From Eledone cirrhosa (lineage: Eukaryota), in assembly GCA_964016885.1 (NCBI GenBank), contig OZ024741.1, positions 191,890,001 to 191,954,000 on the forward strand: a stretch of DNA of 64,000 bases, in the 5' to 3' direction. Shown piece after piece: positions 25,090 through 38,799 of this stretch (the first letter of the stretch is position 1; each line of letters begins with the position of its first letter). The position numbers and the translations under genes were made by a program. The notes under the pieces were generated by a model. It was not told the DNA's origin, did not search any database, and saw nothing but the letters and a program-made list of their open reading frames with translations.

Positions 25090-28000
25090 TGGGGATTCTT
25101 TTCTTTGTTTTTGTGCCTCTCCTTTGTTCTGTCCTACACCATTTTGTTTCTGTGTTGTGTGCTCAGTCTGCGCATGCGCCACATCCGGGTGTCTGTGTGT
25201 GTTTATATTTGTTTATTTATTTGTTTATTTACATGTTACCGGTTGGTTGTTTGTTCTATGTGTGTGTGTGTTTTCATTTTGTCCTTAATTGTAAGTTGTG
25301 ATGTTGCTGTTCCACTCATATTTTTTATTTAATTTTGGTTGTAATTCTTTTATGTTTATTGCCTCTGTGATTTGTCTAAACATTGCGTCTTTTCTGTGTG
25401 TAGATTCTATTTTTATTTCTATGTTCTCTAATTCACCCTTATGTTCTATTTTAGCATGTTGGTAGAGTACAGATGATTCTTTACTATCTTGAAGGTCTCG
25501 CCAGTGTTCATTTATCCGTTCCCCTACACTACGGGCTGTCTCACCTATGTACACTATATTTTTGTCTCTACATTGTCCTTCAGTACATCTTATGCTTTAC
25601 ACTACATTTCTAGTTTTACAGTTAATATGGGGTCTTATTTTACAGGTTATACATTTCTTATCTATACAGGGGGGTCTTTGAAAAGGGTATGTCTTGCTAA
25701 TAAGTGTTTTTACGGAGGTACCTGGTCTTTCTACTATCTTAATATTGAGTTTATGTTTATCTAGGGCCCTTCTAAATTTGTAAGCTAATTCACCTCTAGG
25801 GGTTGTATCGATGAACATTACACTCTGGTATTTATTGCTATCATACCATGAGTTTATTCTATTAGCCTTATTCCTAGTTCTTTTTATTCTATTCCAAAAT
25901 TTGCTCCTATACAAGGGGCAGGTCCCATTTGTGTCATTATTTACCATTTTTTCCCATTTGGTTCTGGCTCCTCTATACACTCTGATTTTATCTCTCTGAT
26001 TGTAACCTGAGAACTGCATACGATGGATGAAGTGTTGTATGTGTCTCTCTAGTTCTTCGTGGTTGCACATGCGGGACACGTTTCTCATCACCCGTACCAA
26101 ATCCGCAATCAGTATGTTGATTTTGGTATGGTCCGAAACAGCCGAGTTTCGGTGGATCAGATGTTTGGAAGTCATGGGTTTGGCATAATGGGAATGGAGG
26201 ATTTGTTTTTTGTTATTAATGGTATCTAACCAGAGCTCTGTGTCTAGTACAGGTAATCGATGGTTGGGGTGTTTACTTGGGTAGTCTATAGTAACTCTAA
26301 TACTCTGGTGGATGGAGTTAGCTATTTGCTGGATGCTTTCCATTGTGTTTTTCTCTAGTTCCTGACTGTTCTCTAGTGGGGGTGTCTTAACTACGATGTT
26401 TATATCATCAACGTAGTGGGAGTACATTATCAGGGTTAAGGGGTCTTCTAATTGTTCTTTAAGTTTAAGTCTACTGTCCCACCATACCATGACTAAGTTA
26501 TCTATGTCGCCTGCAATGCTAACACCAATGGCTGCTCCTTCCTCTTGGGCATATGTTTTTCCATTAAATTTGAACATATGTTCCTTAAGGGTTAGTTTTA
26601 TGCTGGCCCCTACCGCATGTGCAATCATTTTCTTCAGTTCATCGTGGTTTTCGGGTGTCCGTATGGCTCTGGTCCACCCGTTCCATCTATCTGTGTGGGT
26701 TTTCTTGGCCATTGAGGTAATGGTAGGTGGTCTGCCTCTTGCTGGTCTTGTAGGGCACAGGTTGCTAAGGTCATATGTGTCTAGGTAATTATTACTATAG
26801 GTAAGTTTAAGTAGGAGTCCCAGCTCACTGGTATCAATCCCACGGAACTCAACATTGCTCTCACTGATCATTTCTACGCATTTCTCCACAGCAAAATCCA
26901 CGTCAATAGATGGAGACAGGGACACAACATCCATACTATCTATTATGCAGTTTGTTAGGTCCCTAGATCGGTTACTCTCGCCGATTCTGCTGAGGAGGTC
27001 CTCCATGCTGTCACATACATCTGGGGACATTTCAATGATGGGGCGTATGATCAGGGAGAGGAAGTAGGACAGTCTGTAGTTACTAGCAATGTTAGCCCCA
27101 CAGACTGGCCGTGTTGGTGGTCCCGTGACAGGGTCATTGCCTGTTTTATGGTCCTTTCGAAGCCCATACAACGCTGGCACGTCATTGTTCCAGGCCTGGA
27201 AGTTGTTGGCAGTCCTTTTGTTGGGCTGCATTATATTCGTCCACATCACCATATGGGCATTGAGGGCTTTTTCTCTATCCTCATGCTCCTGTGGTGTTAC
27301 CTCTCTTGTGTTAGTGATGTGGGGTTGCATTGCCTGGATGTAGTTTGGCAGGCTGTCAACCGACATTCTGCCAGACTTGTCTGTTGGAAAGCATGCTATC
27401 TCTCCATTACGCGAGCGCTGCATGAGCTTACGCAAGCCATTTGCAGATTTTTCTCACAGTTGCTGGGCCTCCATTCTATTATGCTTCTTGCTATACTGTT
27501 CTATAATATTTCTAAGTTCGGATCTAGCTATACTAAATTGTGCTTCTGTTTGTTCATCGACCTGCGATGGCAATTGCGTGCGTTTGTTAAATGGTAAAGT
27601 CGTGGCGTGGACTCGTCGCAGGTCGAACGACTTATCGGAGGGATTATAAAAAGTAGAGTTCCAGGCTGCTGCTTTATGTATACTAGTGCTATTGTTATTG
27701 TTAGTTGTGTTGTTTCTATTTCTATTTCCACCAACAGCCTCATGGTTGTTTCTATGTCTCTCATAATTATTTCTGTCTCTTTCCACTGGCTCATTTTTAT
27801 TATCTACTCTATTTTGTGTGTCTGTGTGTTCGTCTTGGTTATTAACTTTGTCCATAGTCTCCCTTCTCCTTTTAATCCTATTACTTTCCCTTATATCTGT
27901 GATTTCTGTGCTACTGTCATTATTTGTTTTGTGTCTGTGTGTTTGTTAAGATTGTGGTGGTGGTGAGAGGCATTGAATGTGTGTGTGTTGTTGTTGTTCT

Positions 28001-28731
28001 TGATGTGTGCTGTTGTTGATGTGTGTTGTTGTTGTCTCCATGTGTGTTATTATTGTTGTGTGTGTTATTGTTGTTTGTGTATGCGTGTGTGTTGTTGTTG
28101 TTTCTGGGTATGTTATTATTGTTGGTGTGTGTGTGTTGTTGTTATTGTTGTTTGTGTCTGTGTGTCTGTTGTTGTTGGGATGTGTATTGTATATGTGTGT
28201 GCGTATGTGTATGTTGTTACTTTTGTTTTTGTTTTTGAGGCTCCAACGTAATTTTGTAAATGATTTTTCTATTTCTGACAGACAACTAATCATATTTACC
28301 TTCTTGAATATCGCAAATTTCGGTGGTAGAAGTAATACAGATAATTCATCAGGGTCTATTACCGTGTTGCCGTATATATTTGTGTTGTTATTGAACTCAT
28401 CTGTTAATGAGGTGTCGGCCATATTTATACCGTCAATTTTGTCGGGATATCTATTGGTATTCTCTACAGTATCCTGATTTAGTTTTGTCTGCTTAAGCCA
28501 CTTTAGTTTTTTGTTAAAGTGCTTATCACAACTTACAATTAAGGACAAAATGAAAACACACACACACATAGAACAAACAACCAACCGGTAACATGTAAAT
28601 AAACAAATAAATAAACAAATATAAACACACACAGACACCCGGATGTGGCGCATGCGCAGACTGCAGACTGAGCACACAACACACACACAGAAACAAAATG
28701 GCGTAGGACAGAACAAAGAAAAGAATCCCCA

Positions 28732-28774
28732 GTCACTGATGAGGTCACAGAATGTGTGACGAAAGAACTTTGAC
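28732..28774 (+). ncRNA. Minimal type I hammerhead ribozyme in the inverted pseudo-LTR copy
   Basis: GTCACTGATGAGGTCACAGAATGTGTGACGAAAGAACTTTGAC, identical to the left copy. Confidence 0.8.
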
Positions 28775-28990
28775 AATATATAAACAACTATCTGGTTGTG
28801 GAACCAACCAACCAACCAGAAATTTATAAATTTATAAATTCCTAAATTTATAAATTTATTATAATAAATTGAAGTGAAAGCAACTGGTGCTTGTGTTTCT
28901 TATTGGCAATATGACCCTCCCAAAGTATAACAATATCGGTTTCAACACACGATTTCAGATAAAGAATCTTGCTAAACAAATTCAGAAACG

Positions 28991-29033
<43 letters not shown>

Positions 29034-29046
29034 CATTATATATATA

Positions 29047-29250
29047 CAGTGGCATAGCTAGGGTGTGGCAAGCAATGCACTGGCCACGGGCGCCATATTT
29101 AGGGGGGCGCAATTTCGACCTAGATCGATTTACATCCATGTCGTTTTTATCATTTTTTAAAATATAAGCCAAAAATGAAGCATGTGATTTCTTGATAGCT
29201 GACTTCCACGCCATGTCTAGTGCACTAGACAGATGTCTGATTTGACTTCA
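29047..29250. mobile_element. hAT-like terminus fragment
   Basis: CAGTGGCATAGCTAGGG...GGGGGCGC end motif; no matching other end found. Confidence 0.35.
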
Positions 29251-29254
29251 CAAC

Positions 29255-30630
29255 CATCATCATCAGGTTTAGCGTCCGTGTTCCACGCTTGCATGGGTTT
29301 GGACGGGGGTTTTCCCACTTGAGGCAAGAGTGGTTGTCTTGCTCGCATAGGACTGTCTGGCGGGTTTTCTACAGTTGGATGCCCTTCCTAACACCAACCA
29401 CATTTACAGTGTGGGGCTGGGAGGTTTTTACCGTGTTGCCTACATGGCCACATTACAGCGTGGACTGTCTGGCGGGTTTTCTACAGCTGGATGCCCTTCC
29501 TAACACCAACCACATTTACAGTGTGGGGCTGGGAGGTTTTTACCGTGTTGCCTACACGGCCACATTTACAGCGTGGACTGTGTGTTTTTTGTCGTGACAC
29601 CTACACGATCTCATTTGTTTCGGCCTGGATGTTGTGGGACCAACATAACTGTACATTGAAAGGGGCGGTGTGGATGGGGTGGAGGTGGTGGGACGGGGGG
29701 GGGGGGGGGGGTGTTTTGATAGAGATGCTTACTGACTGTAGTAGGTTTTTACTTTGTATTTAGGTAAGGCGGGTCTTCTCTATTACTGAGTACCGCCAAA
29801 GGTCTCGGTCCAGTGACATTGTCTTGGAGAGGTGTAAGCGTGTGAGGTCGGAATTTATCAGCTCGTCCCATGTTTTTCTGGGTCTGCCTACTCCGTGGCT
29901 ACCGTCTATCTTTATTGCCCTGCACTTTGTTATACAACTGTCGTCTTTCATGCGCATCACGTGACCGTACCAACGTAGCCTTCTCTCGAGTAAACAACAT
30001 CTGATCCCTCTTATTTCTAATTTTTTCCTTAGTTCGTTTATGCTTTGCCGTTCACGTATATTACTATTGCACATCCAGCGGAGCATGCAAGCTTCGTTCC
30101 TCTCTAGTCTGCGTATATCCTCTGCACACAATGCCCAGGTCTCACTGCCATGCAGCATTGCTGTTCGTATGCAGGCATCGTATAACCTGCCTTTCATTTT
30201 TAGGGAGAACCCTCTAGCGGCTAATAGTGGTATAAGCTCTCTGAACTTTTTCCATCCAGTTCTGACTCTAGCTACTGTACTTTCAGAGCACCCTCCCCCA
30301 CTGCTGATTTTGTCACCCAGGTAACGGAAGCTGTCCACTATTTCTATAGAACCCTCTGCGCAGTTGAAGGAGCTAGTATTTTGTGGGCACTTGCTGCTAC
30401 TTATTGCACCAGAGCACCGGCCACATGTAAAATCTATGTTCTTAGTTAGCTTACCTGTGATCCCACTACATCTTTTATGCACCCATACTTTGCATTTGGG
30501 ACATAAAATGGAGTTTCTACCTACGCCTTTCCTACACACTGAGCATGGCCATTTCCCAGATGGGACTGCCGCCTTATTTTCTTTCCTACAAACTAGAACT
30601 TTAGTCTTAGCCAGGTTAATTTTAAGGCCT
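29255..30630 (-). mobile_element. RTE LINE family A, 3' fragment
   Basis: ORF 29760..30539 (Cys/His finger, HGSETWAL, RRLRWYGHVMRM, GRPRKTW), 3'UTR with an internal ~115-bp duplication, (GAT)n tail. Confidence 0.93.
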
Positions 30631-30648
30631 TATATATATATATATATA

Positions 30649-30680
<32 letters not shown>

Positions 30681-30755
30681 CATTATACATATATATATAT
30701 ATACATACCTACATATACATTATATATATATATATATATACATACCTACATATAC

Positions 30756-30805
<50 letters not shown>

Positions 30806-30847
30806 CACATTATATATATATATATACACATACATACATACATATAC

Positions 30848-30893
<46 letters not shown>

Positions 30894-30894
30894 C

Positions 30895-30946
<52 letters not shown>

Positions 30947-31201
30947 CACATTATATATATATATATATACATACATATACATTATATATATATATATATA
31001 TACATACATATACATTATATATATATATATATATACATACATATACATTATATATATATATATATATACATACATATACATTATATATATATATATATAC
31101 ATACATATACATTATATATATATATATACATACATATACATTATATATATATATATACATACATATACATTATATATATATATATATACATACATATACA
31201 T

Positions 31202-31233
<32 letters not shown>

Positions 31234-31423
31234 CGTATACATTATATATATATATATATACATACATACATATACATTATATATATATATATATATGCAT
31301 ACATACATATACATTATATATATATATATATATATATACATATACATACATTATATATATATATATATATATATACATATACATACATTATATATATATA
31401 TATATATATACATATACATACAT

Positions 31424-31455
<32 letters not shown>

Positions 31456-31462
31456 CATACAT

Positions 31463-31494
<32 letters not shown>

Positions 31495-31501
31495 CATACA
31501 T

Positions 31502-31533
<32 letters not shown>

Positions 31534-31540
31534 CATACAT

Positions 31541-31572
<32 letters not shown>

Positions 31573-31580
31573 CATACATT
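30630..31580. repeat. Compound (TA)n-CATACATATACAT microsatellite array
   Basis: Direct reading. Confidence 0.95.
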
Positions 31581-32811
31581 ATCATCATCACCGTTTTACG
31601 TCCGTTCTTCCACGCTAGCATGGGTTAGACGGGTTGTCCTGTTGTGTACAGTGTCTGGTCGGCTGACCATGCCTTGCTCATACAGGAACTGATCTGGCTT
31701 GATTTCTACAGCTGGATGCCCTTCCTAACACCAACCTCATTTACAGTGAGTGCTGGGTGCTTTTTCGTGGCGCCTACACGTCCACTTTACAGTGTGGGCT
31801 GGGTGCTTTTTTGCCGTGGCACCTCCACGACCACCTTGCGGTGGGGGGGGGGGGCATATTGTTTATATGCTTCAGCATGTACCCATGGGAGGTCGGGTAC
31901 CCTGTATTACTGCGTGACGCCAGAAGTCACGGTCGTGTGTCATTGACTTTGAGAGGTGTAGTTGGGTAAGGTCGGCTTTTATCACCTCATCCCAAGTCAT
32001 CTTGGGTCTCCCCACTCCGCGGTTTCCATCAACTTCTAGTGCTCTGCACCTTTTTATGCAGCTGTCATCCTTCATACGCATCACATGTCCATACCAGCGT
32101 AACCGCCTCTCCTGCACGCAGCATTTGATTCCTCTTATGCTCAGTCTCTCTCTCAATTCATTTATGCTTTGTCGTTCACGTATATTACTGTTACACATCC
32201 ATCGGAGCATGCAGGCTTCGTTTCTCTCTAATCTACGTAAGTCTTCCACCTTCAGCGCCCAGGTCTCACTACCATGCAACATCGCTGTTCGGATACACGC
32301 ATCATACAGTCTGCCTTTCATTCTGAGGGAGAAGCCTTTTGCAGCTAGCAGTGGTAGTAGTTCCCTAAACTTCTTCCATCCCGTTCTTACCCTAGTTATT
32401 GTACTTTCTGAGCACCCACCTCCGTTGCTAATTCGGTCACCTAGGTAGCAGAAGCTGTCTACTGTTTCTACAGGGCCCTCCCAGAGATTGGTGGTACTTG
32501 TTTCCTGTGGCTGTTTGCTTGCTGTTTCAGCACAGCTGCTGCATGTGAATCCTACATTCTTAATTAAGCTTCCTGAGATCCCGCTACATCTCTTGTGTAC
32601 CCATTGTTTGCATTTGGGGCAAAGAATGGAGTTCCTACCTACACCTTTCCTACATACTGAGCAAGGCCATTTCCCTGAGGGGATCTGGGTTCTGTTTTCT
32701 CGTCTACTTATAAGGACCTTAGTCTTTGTCATGTTGACTTTGAGGCCCTTTCTCTCTAGTCCCTGCTTCCAGGTTTGGAATTTATTCTCTAGTTCTACCA
32801 TAGATTCAGCT
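31581..32811 (-). mobile_element. RTE LINE family B, 3' fragment
   Basis: ORF from [16 protein letters not shown] through [17 protein letters not shown] to GRPKMTWDEVI, then 3'UTR and (GAT)n. Confidence 0.93.
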
Positions 32812-33955
32812 ATATATATATATATATATATACATACATATATATATATATATATACATACTATATATATATATATATATACATACATATACATATACAT
32901 TATATATATATATATACATATACATACATTATATATATATATATATATACATATACATACATATACATATACATTATATATATATATATACATATACATT
33001 ATATATATATATATATACATATACATTATATATATATATATATACATATACATTATATATATATATATACATATACATTATATATATATATATACATATA
33101 CATTATATATATATATATACATACATACATACACATATATATATATATATACATACATATACATATATATATATATATATATACATACATATACATATAT
33201 ATATATATATATATACATACATATACATATATATATATATATATATACATACATATACATATATATATATATACATACATATACATATATATATATATAT
33301 ATATACATACATATACATATATATATATATATATATACATACATATACATATATATATATATATATATACATACATATACATATATATATATATACATAC
33401 ATATACATATATATATATATATATATACATACATATACATATATATATATATATATACATACATATACATATATATATATATATACATACATATACATAT
33501 GGTGGCTGCCAACTCGTTTTCGAGTACGGCCACTACTTTATATCCATGTAGGAGAACCCCTACCGATGCGCTGAACGAGTGTGGCTTTTTAGTCCAGACA
33601 GCGACTTGAAAACTCTGGTACAAACACTACACTTGTGACAATTATTGACACATAGTGCTGGGCCCATGGTACCATGTGACGGCAAGTGCAAAGAGATCTC
33701 CAGATATAAAGCAATGCCTGTGCCGTGAAGCTTTTATAGTGAGCAAAGGCACTGCACAAAGCCAGTCCCACTCTCTTAACCAAGATGATATTTACCAAAA
33801 AGAAGAACAAGTCAACATCATTGGATACCATCAGGGTTGCAGGTGTTATATCAGAGTTTTCCTTCTCCTAGAATTCTGCCTTGACAAAGGCTAAGGGGTC
33901 ATCTCTCCCAGACATATACATATATATATACATACATATACATATATATATATAT

Positions 33956-33996
<41 letters not shown>

Positions 33997-34439
33997 CATA
34001 TATATATATATACATATATATATACATACATATATATATATATACATATACATATATATATATATATATATATACATACATATATATATACATACATATA
34101 TATATATATACATACATATACATATATATATATATACATACATATACATATATATATATATATATACATACATATACATACATATACATATATATATATA
34201 TATATACATACATATACATACATATACATATATATATATATATATACATACATATACATACATATACATATATATATATATATATACATACATATACATA
34301 CATATACATATATATATATATATATACATACATATACATATATATATATATACATACATATACATATATATATATATATACATACATATACATATATATA
34401 TATATATATACATACATATATATATATATATATACATAC

Positions 34440-34480
<41 letters not shown>

Positions 34481-34746
34481 CATATACATATATATATATA
34501 TATATATATACATACATATACATTATATATATATATATATATATATACATACATATACATTATATATATATATATATATACATACATATACATTATATAT
34601 ATATATATATATATACATACATATACATTATATATATATATATATACATACATATACATTATATATATATATATATACATACATATACATTATATATATA
34701 TATATACATACATATACATTATATATATATATATACATACATATAC

Positions 34747-34781
<35 letters not shown>

Positions 34782-35207
34782 TGGCTGCCAAATCGTTTTC
34801 GAGTACGGCCACTACTTTATATCCATGTAGGAGAACCCCTACTGATGCGCTGAACGAGTGTGACTTTTTAGTCCAGCCAGTGACTTGAAAACTCTGGTAC
34901 AAACACTACACTTGTGACAATTATTGACACATAGTGCTGGGCCCATGGTACCATGTGACGACAAGTGCAGAGAGATCTCCAGATATAAAGCAATGCCTGT
35001 GCCGTGAAGCTTTTATAGTGAGCAAAGGCACTGCACAAAGCCAGTCCCACTCTCTTAACCAAGATGATATTTACCAAAAAGAAGAACAAGTCAACATCAT
35101 TGGATACCATCAGGGTTGCAGGTGTTATATCAGAGTTTTCCTTCTCCTAGAATTCTACCTTGACAAAGGCTAAGGGGTCATCTCTTCCGGATACATATAT
35201 ACATACA

Positions 35208-35243
<36 letters not shown>

Positions 35244-35783
35244 TACATGGTGGCTGCCAACTCGTTTTCGAGTACGGCCACCACTTTATATCCATGTAGG
35301 AGAACCCCTACCGATGCGCTGAACGAGTGTGACTTTTAGTCCAGCCAGCGACTTGAAAACTCTGGTACAAACACTACACTTGTGACAATCATTGACACAG
35401 TGCTGGGCCCATGATACCATGTGACGACAGGTGCAGAGAGATCTCCAGATATAAAGCAATGCCTGTGCCGTGGAGCTTTTATAGTGAGCAAAGGCACTGC
35501 ACAAAGCCAGTCCCACTCTCTTAACCAAGATGATATTTACCAAAAAGAAGAACAAGTCAACATCATTGGATACCATCAGAGTTGCAGGTGTTATATCAGA
35601 GTTTTCCTTCTCCTAGAATTCTGCCCTGACAAAGGCTCAGGGGTTATCTCTCCCGGTGATTTTGGATGGTCATTGACTCTTAAGAGCTCCTTTGCCCTTT
35701 GACAGGTTTTGTTTTTAGTCCTGCAGGATGTCCAAAGTCACCCTCCTCACCAAGAAACCTTGGTGGGGTTGCCAGTTTAGTCG
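32812..35783 (-). repeat. Three bipartite RTE-derived units (33499-33912, 34779-35192, 35248-35783) interleaved with compound microsatellites
   Basis: Units align with 24112-24712; the first two end at the same point (GGGGTCATCTCT..). Confidence 0.9.
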
Positions 35784-35789
35784 ATGACA

Positions 35790-38780
35790 ATTATAATTAT
35801 AATCATAATGATGTTGATAACGTGATATTACAATAGATCTAAGTGGTACAATCTGGGTTATGGAATAACGCTGGTCTAACGTTCTCAAATTTGGTCGCCG
35901 ATTTATGTCGGCAAAAAATAGTTCTTTCAATTTTACTGTTAAGAAGCATTTTGTTGTAATTTAAAATTTTGAAAAGTTCCATATTACAGAGACCGCAGTG
36001 GGACATACCAATTTGATAGGCCGTTGCTTTTGATAGCTTCGTCCAGCTGATTTTATATTCCATGTTTGCATCCTCGAGTTGCCAGATTTTATTGGCGAGA
36101 GTCGTTGTATTTAAGAGATTCCTGTTAATCATAGAGTGTCTATGTATGTACCACCTTTTCTTAAACTCCCCAGCTGTGGAACCAATGTAATGCCATGCTA
36201 AGCTACCTGACTTTATAGTACATAGGTATACTATATTTGTCTCTAGGCATCTATTTTGTAAAGGGCATTTGTCAGGTAGATGGCAGTTACATTTAGATGC
36301 TTTTCTACGCGCCTGTTCTTCGATATGGTTTTGTAGGTTGCTATGTATGGGCTGAGAATTGGGTTTGTTGATGTATTGTGGTGATGTGTTCTATGTGGAT
36401 AGTGCTATTAATATTAAGTGTGTTATTTTTTGTATCTGGTATGTATTTGAGTCTTTCTTTATGGCCTGCCTTAAGTAAAGCTATGTTGTAGTAGTCAGCA
36501 TGTTCGTTAAAAATCTCTAGGTTAGAGGATAGGCGCGATATTCTAAGGGATATACTATGTGCCATGGAGTTAATTATGGATCGAGGGTGATTAGAGTTAT
36601 AATCAATGTAAGCTAAATTTACATTATTTTTATGGAAGGGTTCTATTATTCCTGAGTTAAGGTTAAGCGATACATCTAAGAAGTTAGCTTTTTTAGAGTT
36701 GGTTTCAAAAGTGATGTTAAGGCCTAAATTATTAAAGAATTTTCTAATCTTTTTCCTTAATCTTTCTAAGTTTTGATTATTTAGGTTTTTAGCTAAAAGT
36801 AGTGTATCGTCTCTATAGATTCCTCCTTGTAGGTTATCAAATTCCCTATGTAAGAAATGTGCTATATAAATTCCGACAATGTCTGTAACTTGGACTGAAT
36901 CATTTGATCGCATAGTTATATTGAAGTTATTCTGTCTATTTTTTCGCTCCCAGTTACTGTCGAATTTAATGATTGTTCTTCTAGCAGCTAGTATTATTTT
37001 AATTTCATCTGGTGAAAGGTCAGAGTTTTTTTGTGCAAAGAATAGTGCCTTATTTAAGGTTACTGGGGAAATAGAGGAGTAGTAGTCATTTATGTCAAAT
37101 TGTATAAAGTCGGAAGATTCTCTATTGTCTAATTTATTAAACCAATCTATTGCTTCATTTGTGTTACCCCAGAGCTTGATTATTAGTTGTTCTTTAATTT
37201 GTGGTATTATTCTATCTAGTATAAACTTGCTAATTCTGCATATATCTGAGTTTGATGGACATATTAATCTAATAGTAGGGTTAGTTTCGAAGTTACATTT
37301 ATGATCCTTCAGATTAAAGGTGGATTTACAAGGGGTTAGAGGTTCGGTTCTGTCAGACATTTTAAGTTTTTTTACTATGTTAAGACATTCCTTGTTAATG
37401 CTATTGAGTGTAGACTCTATAGTTTTCTTGTATTTTTTATTTAATTCCCGGCGTATAAAGTTGTTGTATGTATTAAGGCTCATGGTGTATACATTTGATG
37501 TTTTGTCTGCCTTTACTATAATACCGTTGGTGTTACGCAATTTTTTTAGTAGTGCATTGATGTTTTTTGCAGTTTGTTATGATGTGTTCGTTTTTTTAAT
37601 TTAATTTCTTTTATCATGTTCATGAGGTCAAGTTCAAAGGCATCAAGTTGTGAGTTGCTTGGTGGATTTTTTTGGTATATATATATGTATATGTATATAT
37701 ACATATATATATATGTATGTGTGTGTATATATATATATATATAAGTATGTAAACGTACATACATATATGTATACAGACGTACAGTAGTATGTATATATAT
37801 ACATACATGCACATATATATATATGTACGTATGGGTTTACCGAAACTAGTTCATCGTTCCTTTGTCAGTGTTGAACAAAAGAGCAACGATGGTTGCCGAA
37901 CACTGTACAGCTTAATTCGGGCTGTTTGTTTACAAACAGACCGAACATTATAATAAATGTTCAGATATATTTATATATATATACTAAAAATTTTTATTTA
38001 ATAACACAAGGAATGTATAGCAGTAATAAAAAAAAAAATCACTTATGCTTTGTATGTATATATTATATGCGGGAGTAGATATAATATGTATTTTCTGAGT
38101 GTGTGTGTATATATATATTTATGTATCTTTGCCTATATGTACGTGCTATATGATAGGTAATTTCTCTAGCAATATATATATTTTGTAATGTTTAAATTCC
38201 AATTTTTAATATATTGATCTCAATTTTTAAACTAAATATCTAATCATAATTAAACAATGATTAATTTCTCATATTATATATGTATATTCCATTCATGAAT
38301 ATTAATATTTCTAATTTTATTTATTCATTTCATCTCAATTGTTAACTCAACTTAATATGACATGACTTAAGGTTTTCGTTCTCTCCCCCTCTCTCTATCT
38401 CTATATTTCTCTCTCTTGAGTTTTTTTCTCTCTCTCTGGTGGTTTGATATCTCTGTTGTTTTCCTGTCTTCTTTTTTCTTTCTTCTTTTTCTTTATTTAT
38501 CTCTCCCTTATTTTCTCCACGTTTCTCTCTCTCTCCGTCTTTTTACTTCTCCTTAACACAACGACTTACTAAAATAAACAAACCACTATCCTGATGTCTT
38601 CCAAAACTAACGGTTGCATTTTGAAAGGGTACGTCAATGTTTATTTATAAAACTGGTATATATTGTATTTTGTCTGATGAAGGCATACCATAATTTAACT
38701 TGGTATCCTCGAAATATGTATAATGAAATAAATATGGTTTTATAAATATAGTTTCCATTTGTTAATATCGTATATGCATA
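35790..38780 (-). mobile_element. Penelope-like retroelement (tentatively Nematis-type), degraded, with an oppositely oriented pseudo-LTR-like region
   Basis: RT ORF 36341-37540 (KADKT, LKDHK, FIQFDI, GIYRDD, ANFLDV), GIY-YIG at about 35840-36290 (NIVYLC, HYIGST, CGLC), hammerhead near 38670. Confidence 0.88.
38666..38730 (+). ncRNA. Minimal type I hammerhead ribozyme candidate
   Basis: TATTTTGT-CTGATGA-AGGCATACCA...TGGTATCCTC-GAAA TATGTA TA-ATGAAATA; outer pairing TATTTATAAAAC / GTTTTATAAATA. Confidence 0.65.
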
Positions 38781-38799
38781 TATATATATATATATATAT

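Larger units (their letters stand above)
24884..28992 (-). mobile_element. Penelope-like retroelement (Neptune-like) with inverted pseudo-LTRs
   Basis: RT ORF 25597-27435 (PTDKSG, LRKDHK, MDVVSL, YVDD, LPVLD), Cys-rich linker, GIY-YIG endonuclease (NVV*S..C..YIGETARS..ER..EH, in-frame TAA); ~415-bp inverted repeats at 24884-25302 and 28525-28937; tail 28938-28992. Confidence 0.92.

Noticed and set aside
27454-27456. In-frame TGA in the PLE ORF as possible selenocysteine
   Set aside because: The neighbouring frame gives the more PLE-like PSNCEKNL, the copy has other disruptions such as TAA at 25597, and no SECIS was identified.
27946-28815. 289-aa ORF as the intact PLE N-terminus
   Set aside because: The first ~97 codons are the antisense read of the inverted repeat; only the part from 28524 downward is PLE coding sequence.
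23208-34888. Many long I/Y/H/T- or M/Y/V/C-rich ORFs
   Set aside because: Translations of stop-free (TA)n/(CA)n microsatellites, not genes.
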